64,000 nucleotides of DNA. It comes from Nemertoderma westbladi. Lineage: Eukaryota; Animalia; Xenacoelomorpha. This document shows positions 37,801 through 50,096 of this stretch, in pieces. The stretch covers positions 1-64,000 of the forward strand of contig JAUCBJ010007452.1 in NCBI GenBank assembly GCA_032718475.1, given 5' to 3'. A program made the translations under genes and the position numbers. Within the stretch, counting starts at the first letter, position 1. The number at the start of each line of letters is the position of its first letter. Below the pieces are notes generated by a model that saw nothing but the letters and a program-made list of their open reading frames with translations, ran no database searches and was not told the origin of the DNA.

Positions 37801-38852
37801 GAACATTTTCAAAATTTTAAATTCTCATTTCATTTTCAACATTTCCAAAATAAAATTGGAAAATTTCAACATGAAAAATAAATCTCGGTTTTTAAAACAT
37901 TAGGCCAACTGTTTCCAAAGATACAGATGAAAAAAATTATAAATGACCCCCCTCCCCATTTTCATTAGAATTTTCATTATTGCTGCAGAGCTGATAAGGT
38001 GCAACCGGTCAGCAACACTGACCTGACTGAACAGTGCAATCCCACAACTCATTAAGCATTACAGGTAACATTACAGGTAACCCTCACACTCCCGCTCTTC
38101 AACGGAAATAAGTCGAATTATGAAAATGCAATTAATGAAAGTAGACCTATTTTTTATTTTTGTAAATTCAGTGTCAATTGAGTTCATAGCACTGCCCCCT
38201 GATAAGAAACTCCCTCTGACCAATGACGCAATGAGAGCGCGGGATAAAAAAACAATTGTTTTGAAGATTACCGATTGCCCTATCTTTGTGTATCGCTTAT
38301 AAATTTGAAATTATTTTATAAGTCAGATTGGTCATATCGATAGAAAATTCCGTGCATAAAAGTTGCTAATTGCAATAAATATAGTTTTTGTATCGGCAAA
38401 CTTGTTAAACGTTGATAAAGTGGAAAATATGATGCCATGCGATCAGAAAAAGTAATATAGCACATAATTTCATTGATTTTGGTTCTAAATTGCTTAATGA
38501 ATGAACTTCCGACACAATGTTATATTGAGTTTAGTTTGTTGTTTTGGTTATAAAAACGCGCCAATCTAACCTGCTCCTTTCCCTAAATGGATAATTTATC
38601 ATTGATACTTGATATTAATTCACCGACACCGAGATGGGATTTGCATCCACCTCCCCCCCCCCCCCCCCCCCCCACCCCCCCCCTGTCTCGGAGTATGACA
38701 GCGTTCAGTTATTGCAGTTGCGGACTGGTGTAACGGTGCAGGAATGTCAGTCTTTTTCAATGAAAATTCCACCGTTTTTAGGAAAATTATTTTCTTAAAA
38801 TTATTTAAAAACTGGCCTTATGTTTTTCACTAGTATATATATATTGGGTTAC

Positions 38853-39051
38853 CTTGGGAAACATCACCATTATCGCTTCGCATCTTCCACACCTGATCTC
38901 CGACAAACATCATCGTATAATCAACCGATCCGCTGTAAACATTGGTAGGGGCTTGGGATACTGCGTCTGGGGGGAAGGACGGTTCGTGACAGACCCAACC
39001 CAAAGTCGCAGCTGCGTGGAGAACTATCACAAACAAAATAACTCGCGACAT
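38853..39051 (-). CDS. Hemopexin-ShK gene exon 1 (signal peptide + blade 1)
   Basis: MSRVILFVIVLHAAATLG hydrophobic leader, then WVC...PDAV...MMFVGDQVWKM; donor CAAG|GTAACC, phase 1. The six exons total 1377 nt = 459 codons with consistent phases. Confidence 0.88.
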
Positions 39052-39109
39052 GATATTTAATTGAAAAAGGCTCTTTTTCTCACTAATATTTTTAAAATTG
39101 AGTTAATTA

Positions 39110-39455
39110 ATCTAACTTTTTTTCACTAATTTCCAGAAAAGTAGTTAAAAAAGTCTTTTTTTAAATAATTTTTTACTTTTTTAAACTAATTTTTTACTTT
39201 TTTAAACTAATTTTTTACTTTTTTAAACTAATTTTTAGAAAATTACTTTAAAAAAGTATTTTTTAACTAATTTTTTACTTTTTTAAACTAATTTTTTACT
39301 TTTTTAAACTAATTTTTTACTTTTTTAAACTAATTTTTTACTTTTTTAAACTAATTTTTTACTTTTTTAAACAAATTTTTTACTTTTTTAAACTAATTTT
39401 TTACTAATTTTTAGAAAATTAGTTAAAAAAATTATTTTTTAACTATTTTTTTTAT
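39110..39455. repeat. AT-rich 21-22-bp minisatellite just upstream of the ATG
   Basis: (ttttttaaactaattttttac)n. Confidence 0.9.
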
Positions 39456-39709
39456 TTAATGAACTATTTACAACACAATATAATCAAATTGATACATACT
39501 TTCATATAATTGAGTAAGTTTCTGGTACATAATGATTATATAATGTAGTCCGAGGTTTGTCTTACTGTACAGCTGGCTAGCTCACACAATCTTCTAAATT
39601 AAATTAATTAAATTAATCGTCACAATTAAAATATAGAATTATTATACATATTATACGTCGTAAACATTGATAACGCTGGTGATATTTTTTTTCAAATAAA
39701 ACAAAATTT

Positions 39710-39947
39710 TCGATATAAAAACGTAACGGAAAACACTATTTTCCACTCATTTTCTTTAGCGATATTTAGCGAATTCTTCCCTCGTGTGTTGAGTTTTCCA
39801 CTCGTTGGCATTTTAACAGTCGCTTCGCTCGTGCTAAAAACCTGCCAACTCTTGTAAAATTCAACCACTCGGACAGAATAGTTGAATTTCGCTAAATTGA
39901 AAATTAGTGAAAAAAAGCGGTGTTTGCCGCTTATTTTTTTTTATCGA
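39710..39947. mobile_element. Degenerate ~240-bp palindromic (foldback/MITE-like) element
   Basis: tcgatataaaaacgtaacggaaaacac... imperfectly mirrors ...gtgtttgccgcttattttttttatcga; centre tcgcttcgctcg. Confidence 0.6.
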
Positions 39948-40107
39948 CTAATAGTCCTTACATTTATGTTTTAAAAACATATCACATAATTACATTATTT
40001 CAGAATTAATTTTTATAATAAAAGCTCCACGATATGCTTACGATGAGTATAGGCCTACAAAAGTAGTGTAAACAAGGAAACTGACAATATAATTTTATGT
40101 ATTTATG

Positions 40108-41080
40108 TTAAGGGGGGTTACTGGCTTTAAATTTCTTTTTCAAATTTTTTTTATTACATATACAGTAGAGCAGATTTTTATCAAGATTTTAAATTTGAAA
40201 TAACTTTTTAGCAAGACCCCCCTTACATCTGGAGATATGGCACTCTGTCCGTTTGACTGTCGGTCTGTCCGTCAGTATGTCTCAAAAACAATATCTAAAC
40301 ATATTTTCCTTGGTGACTTCATTTCTGATGTCAGTATTACATTTTTTAATCATCGTTTCTGTCTGTATGCCTGTCAGTCTGTCTGTAACAATATAACCAA
40401 CAGCCTGTCAGCCAATTTGGAAGTCATCAAATGTTAAAATTAACACTTCAGACAGGACAGTCTTCCCTCAGACAGGCTTACATATTAACAGACAGGTTTT
40501 GCGCGGGAAGGTTCAAACATTTAACTAGGCAATTACCGGTACTTCGAATGGCATTTTTTCATTAATCACTAAGTCTCCGCCATTTTTCAACCAATTTGTA
40601 GGTTCTTAGCTTCAAATGAAAGCTTGTAGTGTGCGCAATAATAAAATCCCAGCGGTTTTTATAGTTTTGCAATTGTGCATCGGTTATAACATTTTTTAAG
40701 AAAACCTTTTTCAAAATCGGAAAAATAGCGGTATTTTCCTTGAAAAGTACGAAACAAAACTTCTGCAGAGAGAATATTGAAAAAAAAAAATGTTTTACGT
40801 TTTTTTTCCCATGTAACATGTAATTATATTCTTAAATTGGTACATTTTTGTTGCTTAATTCTTTAATAAAATGTACATACAGCGATATAGTGGTACAAAA
40901 TAAATTGAACTATTATTTTACTATATTGCTTCCATAGTTACTGCCATTTAAATTACTGTACTCTTCAACTCCTGATGCTGCCTGCCAATGTTAAATAATT
41001 TAGTGTTCTCTGAATATTTATTACGTAACTAGATACCCGTTTTTAACAACATAAACCAATATTGGATATTGAGTTCCGTT
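40108..41080. mobile_element. Possible non-autonomous DNA transposon fragment starting TTAA|GGGGGGTTAC (Kolobok-like terminus)
   Basis: One terminus only; internal (c)tgtc / gacag motif clusters in inverted arrangement; no matching right end found. Confidence 0.3.
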
Positions 41081-41299
41081 TAAAAGTAAAAAGTAAAGTA
41101 AATTTTCTTCGGCCACTAGGCCAGGGATTACGCACAAAGTCTGACGACTTATTTCCAGTGCGGACCCCCAGAACTTTACTACCCAGAGGAAACTCCAGTA
41201 CTCATTTAGCTACCACTTAAGAATGCATGGCAGAGATGCGCCCTGGCTGGTCCCTTTAAAGCATTCGTGCCGAAACAAAAACTGCCCTGGCCCATGTGA

Positions 41300-41670
41300 G
41301 GATTCTACTAACCTTCCCACTGAGTGGTTGTCGCTACCATTCATTTTAAACAACAATGTCAATGGGCTTCAAGGTAAACACGTTATTTTGTGTGAATTAG
41401 TTGTACTATACAATGTGACTGTGGTTACAATACAAGAATCCAAACTGCAGAATGATGTATCAGATGGTAGTATTGAACTGGATAATTTCTATCTCATTCG
41501 GCATGATAGAGACCTATCAAAATTTGAGGAGAATGGTGGTGGTGGTCTGGTTACATATGTGAGCAAACTATGGTGTAATACCAGACCCACCATGGTTACC
41601 TCCATTTCATCACCTCATATAGAAGCTTTAGGTGTAGTATGTCGTCCAAGATATCTTCCATCACAGTATA
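41300..41670 (+). pseudogene. LINE apurinic-like endonuclease, N-terminal half (Rex/Babar/CR1-group-like)
   Basis: NVNGL...IQESKL...IRHDR...GGGGLVTYV...CRPRYLP motifs; cut at the element 2 insertion. Confidence 0.85.
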
Positions 41671-42853
41671 TGTACGCGCTTTTGAAGACCTTTAGCAGTT
41701 TAACCTGCCAAAATTTATATGTCTTTTGGTTTATAAATAGACTTTAGAAATTGACAAATATTTAATACCAATAAACACAACATTAGCCGAAGCCAGCCTA
41801 GTGCGCGTCCATTCACCCGCTGGATATACCCGGGAGACTGGATTCTGAGGGCTTAGATTATTATTGCAGTGTAAGCTTACTGTATTATTCGATTGATCGT
41901 TAATAAATAATTTCTGACTAATATTATTCCCTTTCGGGAAATATTAACAGTTCCTTTAGGACGTGGCGCTCTATCTAGGTAAACAGAGATATGACTTGTA
42001 CTAAACACAACGGTAAGTCGGTGAGGCTTATGATTCACGTATGAGGCGCATTCTTTAGGAAATGCTTAGTTATCAGTCACAATCATGCACACTACCGGTA
42101 ACACACAAGACTGCTCACTAATTTGCCGACCGTCAATGAATTTTATCATATATAAAGAGAACAGCAACTGACTCATGTAGTGCTTATCAAATAGCATTAA
42201 ATTCACTACAAACCACAATAATATAAGTCGCAATCGCTATATGTAACCCGTCTCTCTAACCTGTAGTGTATCAAGAAAATTGGGAAATTTGGGTTCTTTA
42301 TAGATGTTCTCCAGATAATAATATTCAACCATAACATAACAGTAAATAGCAGTATAATAATGTATGTTGCAGTGATATAAGACTACTGCTGATTGCACTG
42401 ATTGTACTGGACCGATAACAGTTATACGCTCTATAATCTAAGCCTACTAATGTTTCTTCTAAAGTCTGAAACGAATTGACTCTAGAGCCGGTGTTCCTGG
42501 CCTAGATAGAAACAACACAACAGTATCAAGAAAAAACAGTAAGACTGAACACTCCTACCACGATCGGCCAAATATCTCCACATCGACAGAAAAAATCGCT
42601 CTGATTGGCTGTTAAGCTAAACAAAGAACCATGTGTCCAATGGCCGTTTCCATGTCAGCAACCAGCTGTTAGATGTCGTAATCTGAATCATCAAGGCTAA
42701 GCTGTGCCAGGGTATTTGACGCATTGCGGGTTTTTTGCCTTACCATGTCCGCCAAAGCACACATATAGAAGAATGACTTTTATGTCCGTTAAAACACCTA
42801 TAACGGTACCTTGCGGGCGAGGGGGACTGATTATATCCGCAAAAGCTTTTACA
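41671..42853 (-). repeat. 3' LTR of element 2 (1183 bp)
   Basis: Direct repeat of 52401-53574; differs by a ~9-bp indel and about ten substitutions (by eye). Confidence 0.96.
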
Positions 42854-43230
42854 CCGCTCCCAGAAAATGGGATTCAAGTTTATAAATATACAAAAATCAC
42901 AGTTTCTAATATATGTAAATACTCTAAACAGTTAGCCTTTCTTGCGCGGACGGCGTTTACGCAGTTTTTTAAAGCTGGCCAGAGTCCTTTTCTCTTTGGG
43001 GCGAGCCACCTTACAAGGAGGGCTATAACTCCTGGGTGAAGGGTGCAATATAATTGCATCAGAGGGTGTAGGATTATGGTCGGTGTATCCGCCAGTCGAA
43101 GTGCCGGGTTGATTGACATCAACGTCGGGGGAGCGGGGTCTAACGGCTTTGAGAGCGCGTTTTAAGACAGCCGCTCTTACGGGTCCTTTACGAGTGGTCT
43201 GAACGAGAGCCGTGGGTGGACCATAGGCAG

Positions 43231-44379
43231 TTAGAAACCTCCGGGTTTAATGGTTCTTTCCAACTCGCGTTCGCGGGCTCGGTATTCGTAAGGCCGTCGA
43301 TATACTTCCTGTAACTCGGGGTGTGAGTTAACAAATAAGTCTCCATAGTCCGGATCCTGACGGATATAATTGATTAAGTTATAGGAATGAAGGTCGCTAG
43401 GATTAACACTCCTGAGAAATTTGCGTACGAACTTGGTTGAAATACATTCTCCGACGCGCTTCAGTAGTTCGTAACTCGATATGCGTGATTTCTGTTCGAC
43501 AGAAGCGAATAGATAAGGATGGAACGCATAAACTCCTTCGTAAGCGCGTCCAGGATAATAGCGATGGCGCGAATCACAATGTAAATCAGCGTTCGCTTCC
43601 CAAGCTCTGATGTAACGTAGTGTGATCATTTCATCTACGCTTTCCAAATCGTGACTAAAAGGGCAATCGAAACTGGCGTGTCCCTTTAGTTGACAATGGT
43701 GACATTGAGTCATAAATTGAGGGCAAACCGCAAAAATGTGCAAGTTATTGAGTCTGCAATACGCACAATAAATTTCCATCACCGGTTGTTCGTGGAAATA
43801 GGAACAGCGGACGTTTGTGTCCATGGGCGTAACATGGTCTCTCGATGCGCATAACCGACAACGTTGCCGAGAAACATAGTTGGCATGGCGATAATTGTAC
43901 GCAGTGAGACACTGTGGACCTTGATACCATTCTAGGATGTAATCGTTGTCGCTGTTCCGGGCGCGATAGGCTGAATCTCCTCAGATTCTAGGCATATTGG
44001 TTCGTCTTCCCAGTCTGTTACGAATAGAATTTTCGTGATCTATTCTCGGTTTATCGTTACGACTCCGCTGGGTATGATATTTAAATAGAACCATTTCCCT
44101 TTCGGTGTCTACATCGTCCGTATCATGTAAATCGATAGGATGGCCGGTAGTTAAGAAGTCCATATACGTACCATTACGATGCGTATAGCGAGCGGTGAAT
44201 TTTCGATAGTCCAATTCACGCGTAAGTTGCTCTTGGGACATCGGCGGTTCGATATAACGACCATCGTCCTCCGTAATGGTTGGATCGGTTTCACCGCGTA
44301 TCAAGCTATCCACAAATGCTTGTAAAGGTAGAGTATATCGCTCCCTGATACCAAGATCATCTTCTATCAACTCCGTCAT
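43231..44379 (-). pseudogene. Accessory ORF3 of element 2, ~382 codons with one in-frame TGA; three Cys/His zinc-knuckle-like motifs
   Basis: ORFs 44379-43981 and 43824-43231 are in the same frame, and the bridge is open apart from TGA at 43983-43981. Motifs: CRLCASRDH...C, CAYCRLNNLHIFAVC, CHHCQLKGHASFDC. Confidence 0.7.
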
Positions 44380-46002
44380 ATCTGCTATCTGAGTTTATTA
44401 ATATCGAAATGAGTTTATGTTTAGGCGAGCGGACGTCGCTGCCTACCTCTCTTTGCCCCCGGACAGTGGGATTCTCAGCGCCGATGTACCGTCGTCGCGG
44501 TGTTTACGCCAACATGTAGCAACAGCACGACAACGATAACCGGCACAAGTCACTCCACTGTCCGTCCCAAAGGCTTGAATCCACTTTAGGTTCTTTCTAT
44601 AGGAGAGTTGGGCTACTTTCACAATTGCGACTAGCTACTGTAAACATACTTTAGCAGTAACATTCACCTATAAACGCACAAATTCCACACAACTGTCACC
44701 AATTGTACACATACAGGCCATTTGTCCGTTAGTCAGTGCCTTCCAGAATGTCACGTTATTACTGTGTATCTTTGGATACTAACAGTGTGCTATGTATTCT
44801 CTATGCTATGCAATGTGACAAGCTTTCTATTGTTCTTTTAACTTGCTTCTAATTCTAGCGTGGGTGTTGCTATGGTGACATTATGGAAAGCTAGCGGTAG
44901 AATTAGGGTAATTCTCATGCATACAGATCTGGAATGCTATTTAATAGTAATTCTTTAATTGTCAATATCCTCTTTATACATGATTTTATTAATTTTATCG
45001 GCTATTGACTATATGTTGGAGATTCTCGCACTCTAATACACTCAATAGGATGAATCTCCGCTCCCATGATCTATTAATTAATGGAATTTTGGGTATGTTA
45101 TAAATTGCACAAAATGACAATTTATGAAATTCATTTAAAATATGAATTTAAATTTATTCCCGTGAATTTTATTATTTGATGTTAAAATTGACACAATTTT
45201 TATTCCAGAGCACGTCTGGGGACTGAGGATACTGAATTCTATAAAATTTGTCTTTTAAGAGTATCGGTAAGTGCTGCGATATCTTAATTGACTAGAAATT
45301 TTCAAGGATCTGGATTTTACAGATTTTAATAAATATTAAATTAATATTTAAGATGGGCACCGATTTATTCCAGAACTTGTCTGGGGACATTAACCACTGA
45401 TTCTAGAATTTGTCTTTCAAGTATATCGGTGGGTGCCGCGATATCTTAATCGACTAGAATTACAGATGGTCAAAAGGTTTAACAGATTTATTTGCGTTTT
45501 ACGCTACTGTTAGAGGGACATCACGCTACTATATGTATTATTTAATATAAGGTAGAAGAGCAATATCGCACGAAGCAATGTCAGTGTGAAGAGGCAAGTC
45601 GTTTCCAAGGTCTACCCAGAGCTTGGTTTAGCCGAGACACGAGGATCTGAACTTTGCATTCCTAATACTCTGCCTACCAATAATACTTGAATATAGTAGT
45701 GGCTTTATTGTACTTTAATAAGTACGGACATTTCATCTTACTGTAGTCACGTATTTATAATATGATACGGACAGTAAGGAAAGAGAAAGAATTATTTCTC
45801 GCCGTCACACTAAATATATATTATGTGTAATTACGTAATAAACACTAATATATTGCACTAACCTACTAAATAATCTAAAATAACATTCTACTAAATAAAA
45901 TTAAATAAAACGATTATAATAAAATTACATAATAATACATACATAAATATAAAATAAAAACAAATATAAAATGATATAGTCACACGCCCACTCCATATGT
46001 TA

Positions 46003-49000
46003 TTACGTTATGGAGTCCCTAGATATTTGTCGGATTAGGGAAGTGGTCGTAGGAAGAGTATCTTGCCTTCCATAGTTTCCGGACAGTTTTCGGTCTCTTT
46101 CCAGTAAACATAAACGACTAGCTGGGCGATTGAGTTGTTGCGTTACTTTCTCCGCTCCCTTGGCCTGTCTAATCTCTGCCGTGGTAAGATGAGGAGGCCA
46201 TTCTTCTTCTTCTTTACTTAAGAAGTCGGATCCACCTAACCAGCCTGGAGTATCTATCAGTTCTTGAGGAGTTGCTCCTCTGGAAGCGATGTCGGCTGGA
46301 TTAATCGTCCCAAGGCAATGTCTCCATTGATCTACATTGGAGTTAATATCGTCATTATCTGAGGAGTATGGTGTTCCCTCAGTTGGATCGTCCACATCAC
46401 TGCTCTCCACTTCCCATTCCTTTACTTGGTATACCTGTTGTTGAGGTAATCTCTCTTTGAGAGTTCTACGGGAAGGGCCAGTGAAGTACCAACCTACTCT
46501 AGTTCTTACCGCATAGGTTTGTAGTGGCTGCGGTTGAGCAGGCCGTTTCTCCAATGTCTCGAGCGCCTCATGCGCGTTTTGGCCGATGAGTATTTGCACT
46601 CCAGGATAATCTGTCTGGAATCGAGGTATCTTAAGCTGTTGGATGCTCTCGTCCTCGTCCCAGTTATAAGGTTCTACTTGGGTAGTAGCGAAGTTCTTTA
46701 TAGCCACCATTTTTACTGACCTTATACTTTGTGCTCCTAATTTATCCTGGGGGGTGGACAACGCACCTACATAGTAATCTGCCGTTATGGTAGATTTCCA
46801 AACATGCATAATTCCGGACATATTCAACTTAGTTTGGAATTTGTGTTGTCCAGCAAAGATATCTTCGGCTAGTTCTTGATCGATGAATGTTCCTGTGCTG
46901 CCGGAGTCAAGGAGGGCGTTCACTATGTAACTTTTGGTAGGACCGTGAACTCTTACCTGCACTACAGGAAATTCTCTGATTCCTACGTTGGAAGTTGGAG
47001 CTTTCCAAGATGGTTGTCTGTCAAAGGTAGTTGGGGGGAACTCATTGTCAGTGTCCTTTTTGTAAGTAAGTGCTCGATACACCGCGGTATTGATTAGGTA
47101 ACAGGATTCGTTGGCGTCGGAGAATTCGTCAGTATAGAATCCTTCCATCTCAGACTCTTGATCAGTGTCATTTACATCACTGAATTGGACATGTAATTCG
47201 GGCTCACTTACCTGACTCGGGTTGTCTCGTTCGAACTCACTGTGTAACAAGATGTGATGTTTCGCGCCACACTTTGCACACTTTACGTCGGAGTAACAGG
47301 TTCGCCGTTGGTGTCCTGATCTGAGGCAATTATAGCATAACCGCTTATCCCACAGGACTGCACGTCTGTCTACAAGGGGTTTCTTTAGAAATTCAGCACA
47401 CGCACTCAAACGGTGGGGCCCGTCGCACAGCGCACATTTTGGTTTGATGTTACTCACTTTACCTTGGGTAACGTTATGCACTCTCGTTCTTTCTTCGGGC
47501 TTTCTTCCGTGAATTCTCTTAGGAGACGTAGGAGGAGTTGTTGTTACCTGTTCTCTCCTATCGTTGGTTCGAGACTTATATTTACTTACGTCTTTATAGG
47601 TCTTGTTGTCATAGTAAGATTTTGCTGTGTCTTTCCCGCTGTCCTCTTCTTGAGAAGCTTGGCTTTCGCCGTCGTCAGTATAACACACTGGTATTATCCT
47701 TCTCCTAGAAACGGGTTTCTCACTTACCTTATTTTCCGATGTTTTCTCTCTGGACTGCTTGATGAGTTGTAGTTTTACTTCACCATCTAAGAAGGACATG
47801 AGATCAGCCATGGTAGGACTTCGTCGTTGTTGTTCATTCAGGTACAACACTTTCTTGTCCCAGCGTGTACATACTCCACCCTTTGGTAAAGTAGAGACTA
47901 CGGCTCCAATAACCATGGAACTCTGATATTCATGCGACTTACCTAACCAGTCCAATTGTCTACAGATCTCCTGAATTTCATTGGAAAACTCTATAATCCC
48001 GCTACTAAGGAAGTGTCGGGGGGCTACTAATTTTGCATACAAATACTTAGCTATGTTATCCTTGTTACCATACCTGATGTTTAATGTATCCCAAACTTGT
48101 CTTAATCCTTCTGGATGTCCAATAAACTTTAACGCCATTAACTTGGGAGGTCCTTCCAAGCACTTGATGAGGAACCTAAGTTTCTCTCCGTTAGATAGTA
48201 CAGAGTTCTGTATGCTATCTTTGTAATATTCATTGAAAGGTAACCATTTCATCTCATCTCCATTGAATTTGACGATCTCTCCCACTTTGACCGCTTGGCG
48301 GGCTTCTGTTCTAGCCATCTGACGCATAAAGCTTTCTTGGGCCATTGTGTTATTTAATATCGAATTATCGGTATATAAATTTCTCGGATCATTATCGGGT
48401 CTATAGGGAATATCATTAACAACAGGTTTATAATCACCCTTAATAGGGTTTGCTATAGGAGTTTCTACTTCACTAGCAGTATAGATGCGTGTAGGCTCCA
48501 CACCTTGCGCATGTAATACTTCAGACCTAACAGGTTGACACAATGTTACTGGGGGTATTGGTATACCCTTTTGTATATTGACTAATTTGTCGCGTTCCAG
48601 CGCGATACTTTGCTGCACTTCTTGCAATTCTGCCCTACCTTCCCTTACTGTTCCCTTAAGTTGGTAGACAGTCTCCTGCATCTGTCCGAGCAGGAGATTC
48701 ATCCCCTGCCGTCCCTCCTCTACCCACTCGACCGCCGAAGCGGGAGTCGCCAACATTGTAGCGGGCTGACGTGGGACGACGGGAGACAAATCTTTGATGT
48801 CTCTCTCAGCTTCCAGGACAGGGATATTCTCATGGACTGTTCTACCGGGTACAGGCAGTGTAGTACTGTGTAAAGGGAATTTAGAGTTAAGCTCTGGAAG
48901 TACAGGGGTCTCTAGCACAGGAGTGGCTTTGGGAACGACAGGCCCAATTATTTCAGGCTCATCAACTATTGTAGGGAGTCCTTTGACCTGAATAATTTGT

Positions 49001-50096
49001 TCTGTGGGTTCTGTACTACCTAAGTCTGTGCTAGCTAGTTGTCTTCTAACCGCTGGGGGCAAATCAGGCAATTTGTGACGGTGAGATGTTTTTCTACGCC
49101 TGCTTAGACGAGATCTATTTCCTCCGCCTTCAGGATCGGTGGTTTCGCTTTCCTCCGATGATGTGTATCCCTGGCGTCTGGGAGTAGATCTTCTCATCAT
49201 CTGCATGTGACTAGCAGTTAACTGTTTATTTATGTTGTCTTGCGTCTCTTGAAGATTTTCCAACTCCAGTTGTGTGGTCTCCTCAGACGCTCTCCGTTCT
49301 GCTTCTGCTACTGCCTTTGCCGCCTTTCTTTCTGCTTCTGCTTCTGCCATTGCCGCTGCCTCCTTTCTTTCCGCTTCTGCTTCTGCGATTGCCGCTGCTT
49401 TTCGGTCCTCTATCCGCCTTTTCTTTACTTCTTCTTCCTGGACTCTAGCGAGGCGAAGTTTTTCATCAAATTTAGCTTGGTTTGCAGCTAACATTTCAGC
49501 ATCGATTGAGTCCAACACAAGCTTGGTTCCTTCACTATTAGGGGAAAGTCCAGACAGCCGTCTCCTCAACTCTTCGTCTCCTAGGAATCGCTGATAGTCG
49601 GACAGATAAATGTCGATGGCGTCTCTAGTTCGCGGCTTCTCTGCTGCTGTTAATTCGCTTTCCACTTCGCTTTCCACCTCGCTTTCCACTTGAGAAGAAG
49701 TGGCGTCGGTTGATTCTTCATAGGTTGGCCGCTCATCATATCCGCCATCTTCGCTCCGCGTTCGGGCGTCCGCTCAACAGTATCCGAACTACTGGAGCTA
49801 TCGGGCCGCTGAGAACTAGGTTCTTGGCTAGGAGGTTGCTGCTGTTTTATAGCTTCTTCTTGATCCCGCTTGACTTGGGCCCGAGTACCTATGACAGACC
49901 AACGGCGCTTCACTAACTTCGCAAATTGCAAAATCTTTTCTACCAACCTAGGTTCTGACACAACCACTGCAGGGGTTGCCCTTCTTACAGTATGAGGGGT
50001 TTCAGACCTCGGTCTGGGATTCTCTACACTTTGATCTGAGAAACGGGCTGTTGTTTCTAGGAGACTATCTGACAGAGTTTGCCTTGTGTCAGCCAT
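46003..50096 (-). CDS. Element 2 Gag-protease fused to a short RNase H remnant; probable true start at 50096 with a frameshift at ~49770-49690
   Basis: DUF1759-like region; BEL triple knuckle (CALCDGPH..C, CYNCLRSGH..C, CAKCGAKHHILLH); protease ALLDSGS; then jumps to QWRHCLGTINPADIASRG. MADTRQTLSDSLLETT at 50096 matches the element 1 N-terminus. Confidence 0.85.

Noticed and set aside
41082-41215. SINE-like tail fragment (aaagtaaagtaaa...ccagtactcattt)
   Set aside because: Short resemblance only; no A/B boxes or TSD seen.
41223-41747. 174-aa ORF as an intact gene
   Set aside because: LINE endonuclease half reading into the LTR; its last 25 codons are LTR-derived.
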